Shown here: one piece after another, positions 25,201 to 36,529 of the stretch | How positions within the stretch are numbered: position 1 is the stretch's first letter | How the letters are laid out: the number at the start of each line of letters is the position of its first letter | Source: Ylistrum balloti | Taxonomy: Eukaryota | Assembly: GCF_031769215.1 (NCBI RefSeq) | Contig: NW_026782170.1 | Coordinates: 868,001 to 932,000, forward strand | Length of the DNA stretch: 64,000 nucleotides | Direction of reading: 5' to 3' | Translations under genes and position numbers: made by a program | Notes under the pieces: model-generated | Databases searched by the model: none | What the model saw: only the letters and a program-made list of their open reading frames with translations | Told to the model about the DNA's origin: nothing

Positions 25201-26601
25201 AAGGCAAATTTTAATGTTTTAATGTAATCGAACAAGCTTTTAATACTTCCATACATGACTTTTGAAATTATGGACAAGACAAATATTTGTTTTAAAAGTA
25301 TACATAGTTCTTTTTTCAGTTACTCTATTTTGATATTACTGTCTCCAGCAGCTGGAGTTGGAGTGCCATACAAACACACATCATTCATATTTGCGATATT
25401 TCAGCATAATATTTCTTTTTTGAACGTGATGTTAACAGTTGGAAAACCTCCTATCGGAGAAGACTACCGACAGTAGTGTTTATAATATACTTTGAGCAGA
25501 AAAGGGTCTGGTCAATTTGTTCTTCATTTCTGTCTCTAACATAATAATTTAATGACAATATTCACAATTATCATTCTGTTATCAATATTAACCTTTTTAC
25601 TGAGTATACTCATTTTACTGATTCGTCTTGTAGCTGTAAGTCAATTAAGATTATTTAATTTTCATAAAATCCAACTCACAATAGTATTGAGAATTAATTT
25701 CCCTGTGACAAGCAAGATATGAACACTGTTCTTTACTATCCATTTGCTTTTCGGACATATATGGAACCAAAATACAAACAAAAGAAAAAATATATGTGGT
25801 GTCTATTGAGAAAATACAGCAATGTTACCAATTATTATAGAATTATTCTAATGAGTTATGAAGTTGTACCGATTCTATAGATAAAAAATAAATCACGGAT
25901 GAAGTGACAACAAAAGTGCCTGTCATATTGTTCAGTATATTGAACAGCACCAGAACATTCGTTTTTTTGCAAATGTAAAAATTACATGTATTTTGACCAT
26001 ACAGCTTTCAACAAAGTCTTCTTGAACCTGTCTCTTGAAACCTTATTTAACTTTTATATTTTTCTGACTCTGTTAGATATAATGGTTGTTGGTAGCCTCA
26101 AAAGATCTAACACAGAAAAGATAAGTTTATATCAAACTTCCTACGGCCTAATTGATAAGCTAACATCTATCATTGGTCAACTGTAATGTCAAATTTGAAC
26201 TTTTTTCATCTAGGTTCAGAAACATGTTTAAACTGAAATAACTACGATATATATATAGCATTACATCTTATAAAACAATGCTTGCATGGATAGGCATTTG
26301 TGTTTGTAGTAAAGTGAAAATAAATTGCATCCCGACAGGAACTACTAACAAAAAAAGAAGAACCCTCATTAGGTCTTCCATGTTGATTTCATTACGATAA
26401 ACTTCCATCACATTGTCCTCCATATTGCACTGACCAGTCTGTCATGGCGAAAGATCTCCGCAGCAACATCACAGTGATGTAACACTGTCTGGGATGCCAT
26501 AAGATGACTTAATCGCTGGGAATTTACGCTGTCGTAATGTTTAACATATTTCCTACATTACGACAGACATGGTTGCTTTAGAATGTAAAAATGTTATGTC
26601 G

Positions 26602-29600
26602 CTATGGTGCCAATAATTGAGAAGCTTCAATCATGCCAGCATCTCGAAGCGCCCTTTCCAGCTCTCGGCTATTAGTCTGGCCTCCACTCTTTTCTCTATA
26701 CTTTACCAGGATCAGTGTTGCCTGCAATTGAAAAAGGAACAAAAATAATTGTCTTACGTTGGATTGACTGAAATGAAGAAAACACTAAAAATCAAAAGCG
26801 AACCTTATTTTCCAAGGATGATAAAGATCAGCTTCGGGATAAATCTCTTAACCCGAACAGAGAGATTTCCATTGACAAAGATCCTCTACTAAAAATGGTG
26901 CCAAAACCCGCTATACAAAATTGAGCCTCCTTCACCTAATAATGTTCTCGGCCAAAATTGCAAACGTTCTTTATTGTCGTTACTTTATAGCAAAAAATAG
27001 TCTTGGACGACGGACGGGAAGATGTTGGAAGCTCAAACGTATTTGTTGATCTCGATGCTATTCGTTTATATTTGATACTAACCAGGTGCTTGTTAACTCG
27101 GTGTGATTGATTTTTGTTTGATACTTACCAGGTGCTTGTTATCTCGATGTGACTGGTTTTGTTTGATACTTACCAGGTGCTTGTTATCTCGATGTGACTG
27201 GGTTTTGTTTGATACTTACCAGTTGCTTGTTATCTCGATGTGATTGGTTTTTGTTTGATACTTACCAGGTGCTTGTTATCTCGAGACTTATTTTTCAACT
27301 CGTCGTGGTCCTCCTTGGTAAGACCAAGTTTGTTGCTAAGGCGTTCTAGATCCTTGGTGTATATTTTGTCTGTTAGGTGTCGGATAGTTCGGTCGGATGG
27401 CGTAGCTCGTGCCGTCGACGGTCGACCGATAAACGTACTCGGGGAGGGAGATGGTGCAGCACTAGTTTCTCCGCTTGGCAACGTTACGTCCATCTGGAAC
27501 TGTATATCGCATAAAACTTGTCAAAAGACAGATTTTACTCAGCATGGCAATGGATGTAGAAATGGCGGAGAGGAGTTAAAGCTTAAGACAAATAAATGCT
27601 TTAATTTAGCGAAGTGGGATACGATTGAAAGTTGTCGGAGAGGAGGTGGTAATGGTAAACACTGTCTAAAATACCTCAGGCAAATCTTCATACAGGCGTT
27701 CCCTCATATAATTAGGCAACACTTCGAACTCAAGAACTTGCTGAAGTAGTTCTTCCGGAATGGCTCTTTTGATTCCATCAATAAACTCCTTCTCGCTGAA
27801 GTTACCTGCGTAAATATATACTTATAATTGTACTAATCGACCTCTATAACGATGATCAGAACAGAACTGCAATCATTTAAAGAATACTTGATATACAAAG
27901 GAATATGTTGCTAGAAAGGAAAATAACGAGTACGATAGGACCGTTGGCGGTTGGAATTACCATTTTTGTCGGAGTCCATTTGTTGAAACACGACGTCTGC
28001 AATTCCAGGTATTGCCTAACAAAGAAAGCAATAAATTGATGTAAAAATCAGCCATTTTAACACAAGTGACATCATACAAAGTAACACTATCATTCAAAGG
28101 CGTTGTTTATACACAGTTAAGTTAAATGTTGGAGTGATATATTTCTTTAACGTCTATGCTGGTTTAATGATGTATAGAAGAAACACTCGTCCAAGAGTAT
28201 AATTTGGAGAGGCAATAAAGCTAAAAGCAACTCTAAAAATAAAGGGAAAATGCACGTACTTTTACTAAGTATTGCTATATTTAGATGTACCTTTTTATCT
28301 TCTGGGTTGTTGTACACCAATTCCAAAACCTTTATAAAATTTGCCCGCGTCACATTCTTTGCACTTCCTAGCAGGTTGAATATAGCTGAAAAATAAGTCA
28401 AAGATAGTTATTTTGAAACTCCGCTCAATAATGTTCACTCGATGTATTGCAGTTATCTATATTCGAGACAATTAGTTATACATCTCTTTAAATAATATCT
28501 CAATCATTGCAAAATATTTTGTTTAAGTACTTCCACGAGGAAATTTCTATGACGAAAATGATAGGAAATGAATATATGTCCGAAAGTAATACATACTAAT
28601 CCTGAAGATAGAGGACCATAGATACACTAAAACATCTTATAATGTGTGGCATTCTACAGGATCGGACGTGGCTTCCAGGGGTATTGGAGAACGTAGCGAC
28701 ACCCCATACTATATCAACACTGCCTTCTGCTGCAGGAAATAATTTAGTGTCCTTCTCCCGCTAGAATTCGAGATTGTCTTTGACTTCTATTAATGCAATA
28801 TTCAAGAAATAGAAAATGATCAGTGGTCCCTATAGTAATACTCCTATTTGCGTTCGTTCATTTCTGTGCTATTTGCCTGTTAGTGTCCAAACAAACCTCG
28901 CAGCTTTGTGTCCGTGTCTCCGGCCTCGCACCACTTCATCCCTCTAAGGAAATTTTCAAATGTCAACTTCTTTTTACTGGACAGGAACATCTTTAAAATC
29001 TGAAAATCGCTTACTTGTTTATATGGTGTGAAGGGTGATATCTTAAAAATTGGTCTTTGAAAAAAATACCGATGGATCAGTATTGATGGAATATACTTAT
29101 CCCATGTACTTAAACTTAACGAATGAGTCTTTTCTGAAGCTGTTTACTTCCGGTATCGTGAAGGTCTTATTACATAATAAAGGTGTCAGTTTCATGTAAA
29201 TTAATCCCCTGGCCAATCATTTAGTTTGGTGTATTGTACTTGCTCAAATACTGCTGGCCCCAACTAGATGTGATGTATTCATCCCATAAATGAAAGCCCC
29301 AGCTTGATGTGATATTCTCACTCCGTTACTTAAGGTGCCAGTTTGATGTGATGTACTCACCCCATTACTGAAGGCAAGTTTGATCTGATGTACTCACACT
29401 ATTACTGAGGGCGCCGGTTTGATGTGATGTACTCATCCCATTACTGAGGGCGCCAGTTTGAAGTTACTGAAGGCAAGTTTGATCTGATGTACTCACACTA
29501 TTACTGAGGGCGCCGGTTTGATGTGATGTACTCATCCCATTACTGAGGGTGCCAGTTTGATGTGATGTACTCATCCCGTTACTCCCGTACTCACACTATT

Positions 29601-32600
29601 ACTGAGGGCGCCGGTTTGATGTGATGTACTCATCCCATTACTGAGGGTGCCAGTTTGATGTGATGTACTCATCCCGTTACTGAGGGCGCCAGTTTGATGT
29701 TATGTACTCATCCTATTAGTGAAGACACCAACTTGATGTTATGTACTCACCCCATTACTGAGGGTGCCAGTTTGATGTGATGCAATCACACTATTACTGA
29801 GGGCGCCAGTTTGATGTGATGTACTCACCCCATTACTGAGGGTGCCAGTTTGATGTGATGTACTCACCCAGTAAATGAAGGCCCCAGTTTGATATAATGT
29901 ACTTACCCATTACAGAAGGCGCCAACTGGATGTTATGTACTCACACTATTACTGAGGGTGCCAGTTTGATGTGATGGACTCACCCCATTACTGAAGGCAA
30001 GCGTTTGAAGTGATGTACTCACCCCATTACTGAGGATGCCAGTTTGATGTGATGCAATCACACTATTACTGAGGGCGCCAGTTTGATGTGATGTACTCAC
30101 CCCATTACTGAGGGTGCCAGTTTGATGTGATGTACTCACCCAGTAAATGAAGGCCCCAGTTTGATATAATGTACTTACCCATTACAGAAGGCGCTTACTG
30201 GATGTTATGTACTCACACTATTACTGAGGGTGCCAGTTTGATGTGATGGACTCACCCCATTACTGAAGGCAAGCGTTTGATGTGATGTACTCACCCCATT
30301 ACTGAGGATGCCAGTTTGATCTGATGTACTCACACTATTACTGAGGGCGCCGGTTTGATGTGATGTACTCATCCCATTACTGAGGGCGCCAATTTGATGT
30401 GATGTACTCATCCCGTTACTGAAGGCGCCAGTTTGATGTGATGTACTCACACTATTACTGAGGGCGCCGGTTTGATGTGATGTACTCATCCCATTACTGA
30501 GGGTGCCAGTTTGATGTGATGTACTCATCCCATTACTGAGGGTGCCAGTTTGATGTGATGTACTCATCCCGTTACTGAAGGCGCCAGTTTGATGTGATGT
30601 ACTCACCCCATTACTGAGGGTGCCAGTTTGATGTGATGCAATCACACTATTACTGAAGGCGCCAGTTTGATGTGATGTACTCACCCCATTACTGAGGGTG
30701 CCAGTTTGATGTGATGGACTCACCCCCATGTACTTACCCATTGAGGGCGCCAGTTTGATGTGATGTACTCATCCAGTTACTTAAGGCGCCAGTTTGATGT
30801 GATGTACTCACCCCATTACTGAAGGCAACCGTTTGATGTGATGTACTCACCCCATTACTGAGGATGCCAGTTTGATGTGATGTACTCACACTATTACTGA
30901 GGCCGCCGGTTTGATGTGGTGTACTCATCCCATTACTGAGGATGCCAGTTTGATGTGATGTACTCATCCCGTTACTGAGGGCGCCAGTTTGATGTTATGT
31001 ACTCATCCTATTAGTGAAGACACCAACTTGATGTTATGTACTCACCCCATTACTGAAGGCACCAGTTTGATGTGATGTACTCATCCCATTACTGAGGGCG
31101 CCAATTTGATGTGATGTACTCATCCCGTTACTGAAGGCGCCAGTTTGATGTGATGTACTCACACTATTACTGAGGGTGCCAGTTTGATGTGATGTACTCA
31201 CCCCATTACTGAAGGCAACAGTTTGATGTGATGTACTCACCCCATTACTGAGGATGCCAGTTTGATGTGATGCAATCACACTATTACTGAGGGCGCCAGT
31301 TTGATGTGATGTACTCACCCCATTACTGAGGGTGCCAGTTTGATGTGATGTACTCACCCAGTAAATGAAGGCCCCAGTTTGATATAATGTACTTACCCAT
31401 TACAGAAGGCGCCAACTGGATGTTATGTACTCACACTATTACTGAGGGTGCCAGTTTGATGTGATGGACTCACCCCATTACTGAAGGCAACCGTTTGATG
31501 TGATGTACTCACCCCATTACTGAGGATGCCAGTTTGATGTGATGTACTCACACTATTACTGAGGGCGCCGGTTTGATGTGATGTACTCATCCCATTACTG
31601 AGGGCGCCAATTTGATGTTATGTACTCATCCTATTAGTGAAGACACCAACTTGATGTGATGTACTCACACTATTACTGAGGGTGCCAGTTTGATGTGATG
31701 TACTCATCCCATTACTGAGGGTGCCAGTTTGATGTGATGTACTCATCCCGTTACTGAAGGCGCCAGTTTGATGTGATGTACTCACCTATTACTGAAGGCG
31801 CCAGTTTGATGTGATGTACTACATTACTGAAGGCGCCAGTTTGATGTGATGTACTCACCCCATTACTGAGGATGCCAGTTTGATGTGATGAAATCACACT
31901 ATTACTGAGGGCGCCAGTTTGATGTGATGTACTCACCCCATTACTGTACTCATCCCGTTACTGAAGGCGCCAGTTTGAGGCGGTTTGATGTGATGCCAGT
32001 TTGATTTGATGTGATGTACTCACCCCATTACTGAGGATGCCAGTTTGATGTGATGCAATCACACTATTACTGAGGGCGCCAATTTGATGTGATGTACTCA
32101 TCCCGTTACTGAAGGCGCCAGTTTGATGTGATGTACTCACACTATTACTGAGGGCGCCGGTTTGATGTGATGTACTCATCCCATTACTGAGGGTGTCAGT
32201 TTGATGTGATGGACTCACCCCATTACTGAAGGCAACCGTTTGATGTGATGTACTCACCCAGTAAATGAAGGCCCCAGTTTGATATAATGTACTTACATTG
32301 AAGGCGCCGTTTGATGTGATGTACTCACACTATTACTGAGGGTGCCAGTTTGATGTGATACTCACCCTATTACTGAGGGCGCCAGTTTGATGTGATGTAC
32401 TCACCCCATTACTGAGGGTGCCAGTTTGATTGATGTGATGTACTCACCCCATTACTGTTATGTACTCACACTATTACTGAGGGTGCCAGTTTGATGATTA
32501 CTGAAGGGCCCCAGTTTGATGTGATGTACTCATCCCATTACAGTTTGATGTGATGTACTCACCCATCCCAGTTTGATGTGATGTACTCACACTATTAAGG

Positions 32601-34096
32601 CGCCAGTTTGATGTTATGTACTCACACTATTACTGAGGGTGCCAGTTTGATGTGATGTACTCACCCCATTACTGAAGGCGCCGTTTGATGTGATGTACTC
32701 CAACTTGCCAGTTTGATGTGATGTACTCACACTATTACTGAGGGCGCCAGTTTGATGTGATGTGCCAGTTTGATGTGATGTACTCACTCCCATTACTGAG
32801 GGGCCAGTTTGATGTGATGTACTCACCAGTTTGAAGGCGCCAGTTTGATGTGATGGACTCACCCCATTACTGAGGGTGCCAGTTTGATGTGATGTACTCA
32901 CCCCATTACTGAGGGTGCCAGTTTGATGTGATGCAATCACACTATTACTGAAGGCGCCAGTTTGATGTGATGTACTCATCCCATTACTGAGGGCGCCAGT
33001 TTGATGTGATGTACTCACCCCATTACTGAGGGTGCCAGTTTGATGTGATGTACTCACCCCATTACTGAAGGCGCCAGTTTGATGTGATGTACTCACCCCA
33101 TTACTGAGGATGCCAGTTTGATGTGATGCCAGTTTGATGTGATGTACTCACACTATTACTGAGGGCGCCGGTTTGATGTGATGTACTCATCCCATTACTG
33201 AGGGTGTCAGTTTGATGTGATGGACTCACCCCATTACTGAAGGCAACCGTTTGATGTGATGTACTCACCCCATTACTGAAGGCAACCGTTTGATGTGATG
33301 TACTCACCCCATTACTGAGGATGCCAGTTTGATGTGATGCAATCACACTATTACTGAGGGCGCCAGTTTGATGTGATGTACTCACCCCATTACTGAGGGT
33401 GCCAGTTTGATGTGATGTACTCACCCAGTAAATGAAGGCCCCAGTTTGATATAATGTACTTACCCATTACAGAAGGCGCCAACTGGATGTTATGTACTCA
33501 CACTATTACTGAGGGTGCTCGTTTGATGTGATGTACTCACCCCCTTGACGAAGGCATCATGCTTGATACCTTGTACAATTGAGTCTGTGATCACTCCATC
33601 CTTATTACAGCCAAGCTGACGGAACCGGAACCATAATCTCTCCGTTTCTGCAATACTCACTGTAATATTATCATTCTATCTGTAACTACCAAGGTTTATA
33701 GAAACTCTCAACGTCCACAGTGATATATTAACTATATATAAACACTGTAAAATTACTCCAACACTATATCAAGGCTTTCATTGTGAGCTGTTATATCGTT
33801 ATTTATTGAAATCACGTAAAATAAACTTCGTCTTCACATTACTGATCAATGCGTTCGACACCTTAATGTCATGTATTTCATTATATTATGTAGTTTTAGA
33901 TATAAGCCTAAAAAGAGCTAGGAATTGGACAATTTTTGACATAAAACATTGATTAAATGATCATGGGCCAAGTTAACTTACGTTCTGTTGCTATCGCATG
34001 GGTTGTGATCCAGTTAGCGTCCGTAGGTTTAATCTTGTCTTTGACGACCAGGCAATCCGAGTCGGGCAGAAATATTAAACTGGCCACGGAACCCAT
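26602..34096 (-). CDS. Unnamed 323-aa protein: N-myristoylation motif + calcineurin B/CHP-like EF-hand region + Ser/Pro/Thr linker + C-terminal death-domain-like module
   Basis: Eight GT-AG exons, all phases compatible: 34096-33982, 33659-33541, 28999-28897, 28385-28291, 28015-27961, 27805-27675, 27499-27266, 26721-26602 (972 nt). Starts MGSVAS; ELSIAETERLWFRFRQL (CHP-like first helix); LTFENFLRGM...DTDTKLRAIFNLL; canonical EF loop DSDKNGNFSEKE; C-terminal LERLSNKLGLTKEDHDEL...LATLILVKYREKSGGQTNSRELERALRDAGMIEASQLL. Confidence 0.85.
27066..27290. repeat. Five-copy 45-46 bp tandem repeat spanning the exon 7 donor of the EF-hand/death-domain gene
   Basis: gatact(t/a)accag at 27074, 27120, 27165, 27211 and 27257. 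Confidence 0.9.
29255..33540. repeat. ~4.3 kb 39-bp satellite filling intron 2 of the EF-hand/death-domain gene
   Basis: Unit gtttgatgtgatgtactcaccccattactgagggtgcca. It explains all the STSHQTGALSNGV ORFs in the track and abuts the exon 2 donor at 33540. Confidence 0.97.
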
Positions 34097-34339
34097 TACT
34101 GAAATACAGAGAGTAACGGCTAAAGATACAACATTCAGATAATTCTATTTGGGGAGGGATGGATGTCACTCCAAAGGCGGAGGATTGGATAGAAATAGGA
34201 GAGGGGTGAAATATTACAACACACGGAGGGATTGGAGGGTAAGGTGTCACTACATAGAAAGGGTTTGGAGAAGGGTGAATGCCACAGCACACGGGGACCT
34301 CTATATATTAAATACTGGCATGCATTTTGTAAATATAAT

Positions 34340-34575
34340 ACTTACCCACAGTAAATAAACACTGAAATATATTTTGTATATGTCTAACTTACCATAGTAA
34401 AAACTGGAATATATTTTGTATATGTCTAACTTACCATGGTAAAAACTGGAATATATTTTGTATATGTCTAACTTACCATAGTTTAACCTGGATTACATTC
34501 TGTATATGTATTACTTACCATAGTTTAACCTGGATTACATTCTGTATGTCTACCCACCATGGTAAATACTGGAAT
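34340..34575. repeat. ~42-bp tandem repeat, about 6 copies
   Basis: cttacc at 34341, 34388, 34430, 34472 and 34514 within aatatattttgtatatgtctaacttaccatagtaaaaactgg. Confidence 0.85.
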
Positions 34576-34724
34576 GCATCTAAACATTAATACTTTTCCA
34601 TTGTAGACATTCGATGAATACATATGTAATAAAACCACAGGGAATACCAAGGACATATCTTGATGTATCTACCGACACTAATAGCTCATTGCATAGATAT
34701 ACGCTATACCCAAAGTAAATACTG

Positions 34725-35720
34725 GAATACCACTACTTAACCAGGGTAAATATTGGAATATTTCTGGTACTTAACCAGGGTAAATATTGGAATATTTCTA
34801 GTACTTAACCAAAGTAAATATTGGGATATTTCTAGTACTTAACCAAAGTAAATATTGGGATATTTCTGGTACATAACCAAAGTAAATATCCGGATATTTC
34901 TAGTACTTAACTAAAGTAAATGTTGGGATATTTCTGGTAGTTAACTAAAGTAAATATTGAGATATTTCTGGTACTTAACCAAAGTAAATATTGGGATATT
35001 TCTGGTACTTAACCAAAGTAAATATTGAGATATTTCTGGTACTTAACCAAAGTAAATATTGGGATATTTCTGGTACTTAACCAAAGTAAATATTGGGATA
35101 TTTCTGGTACATAACCAAAGTAAATATCCGGATATTTCTAGTACTTAACTAAAGTAAATGTTGGGATATTTCTGGTAGTTAACTAAAGTAAATATTGAGA
35201 TATTTCTGGTACTTAACCAAAGTAAATATTGGGATATTTCTGGTACTTAACCAAAGTAAATATTGAGATATTTCTGGTACTTAACCAAAGTAAATATTGA
35301 GATATTTCTGGTACTTAACCAAAGTAAATATTGGGATATTTCTGGTACTTAACCGAAGTAAATATTGGGATTTTTCTAATACTTACCCGAAGTAAATATT
35401 GGGATATTTCTGGTACTTAACCAAAGTAAATATTGGGATATTTCTGGTACTTAACCAAAGTAAATATTGGGATATTTCTGGTACTTAACCAAAGTAAATA
35501 TCCGGATATTTTAAGCACTTAACCAATGTAAATACTGGAATAATTATAATACTTAACCAATGTAAATACTGGAATAATTATAATATTTACCCAAAGTAAA
35601 CATTGGAATTTTTATAGCACTTAAACAATGTTAATACAGGAACAGTTTTTGTACTAAACCAAAGGAATATACTAGAATACTTCTAGTACATAACGATAGT
35701 AAATATTGGAATACTTCATA
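34725..35720. repeat. 34-bp minisatellite
   Basis: Unit tacttaaccaaagtaaatattgggatatttctgg, decaying at both ends. Confidence 0.95.
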
Positions 35721-36529
35721 GTAAGTACATGTAATACCTACCCATGATAACTACACATACTCACAAATAATGTATGTCTCTTTGTTTCGATAGATAATCC
35801 ATGAACATTCTTACCTGTTTCAAAATGATCGCACTATTGAAAAGCTTCCTAATAGAACCTCTGTTTAGCGTTAACAACTCTTGAAATTTCTCTGTGTCTA
35901 GGCCACTCTCCAAAGATAACACTGCTCTCTGCAAGTCCCTGCCATCACGTTTCATGAAGGGACATACATTTTAAATATATTTGTTTTATTTATTGGAATG
36001 CTTGTCAGTTGCATACAATTTGATATTGAATATTTTCATTTGTTTTAAATATTTACGCGAAATGTTTTTATATATAAAACCCAGTCCGAATTGAGGCCGT
36101 TTGCTACACCGGTACTTATGTTTCCAATGGGACTTAAACGTTATAATGGTTGAAAATTCTATAAATGTATTAAGTTGACTGTTGTGCTGTCGAGGTGATA
36201 GAGTGCACGTCGGTTAATTTATCACGGACTGAGTCCTTGTAGAGTTGTATAGAGATCACAGTTCCATGTGTACGATCCCTTTGTCATAGCCGTTCCTCCC
36301 CAAAATAGTGCGTCCGATAATATCTAATTGTTGTACATACCAGATTTTGATCGCTTACCAAAAACAGTCGAGACCCCTATACGAGCTTGGTGGTATTTTT
36401 CCCCACACGATATCAAGTAATTATCATCACTGTATTTCCGTGTCGCTTTTTAGGATATTCTAAGTAGACACAGGGTGTAATGAAACAATTTGCCATTGTT
36501 CATACATTTAGTTACATGATATATATAAC

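Noticed and set aside
25925-25945. Quasi-palindrome tgttcagtatattgaaca resembling joined Tc1 termini
   Set aside because: Too short to separate from chance without a repeat library.
27240-27749. 169-aa plus-strand ORF
   Set aside because: Antisense shadow of exons 6-7 and the donor repeat of the EF-hand/death-domain gene; no independent features.
28291-28385. Alternative frame CKECDAGKFY resembling a TNFR cysteine-rich repeat upstream of a death domain
   Set aside because: That frame ends in a stop and no transmembrane exon was found; the EF-hand frame is phase-compatible with both neighbouring exons.
29933-33424. Many ORFs encoding STSHQTGALSNGV repeats (mucin-like)
   Set aside because: They are translations of the intronic 39-bp satellite, interrupted by stops and frameshifts, and lie between two exons that splice in frame without them.
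34725-35720. CRISPR-like appearance of regular short repeats (also at 54.3 and 60.5 kb)
   Set aside because: Head-to-tail tandem units without unique spacers, eukaryotic context, no cas genes.
36190-36440. CpG-rich segment giving YLISCGEKYHQARIGVSTVF / DIIGRTILGRNGYDKGIVHMEL* on the minus strand
   Set aside because: Joining the pieces needs a 35-nt intron, there is no start or upstream exon, and I recognise no homology.
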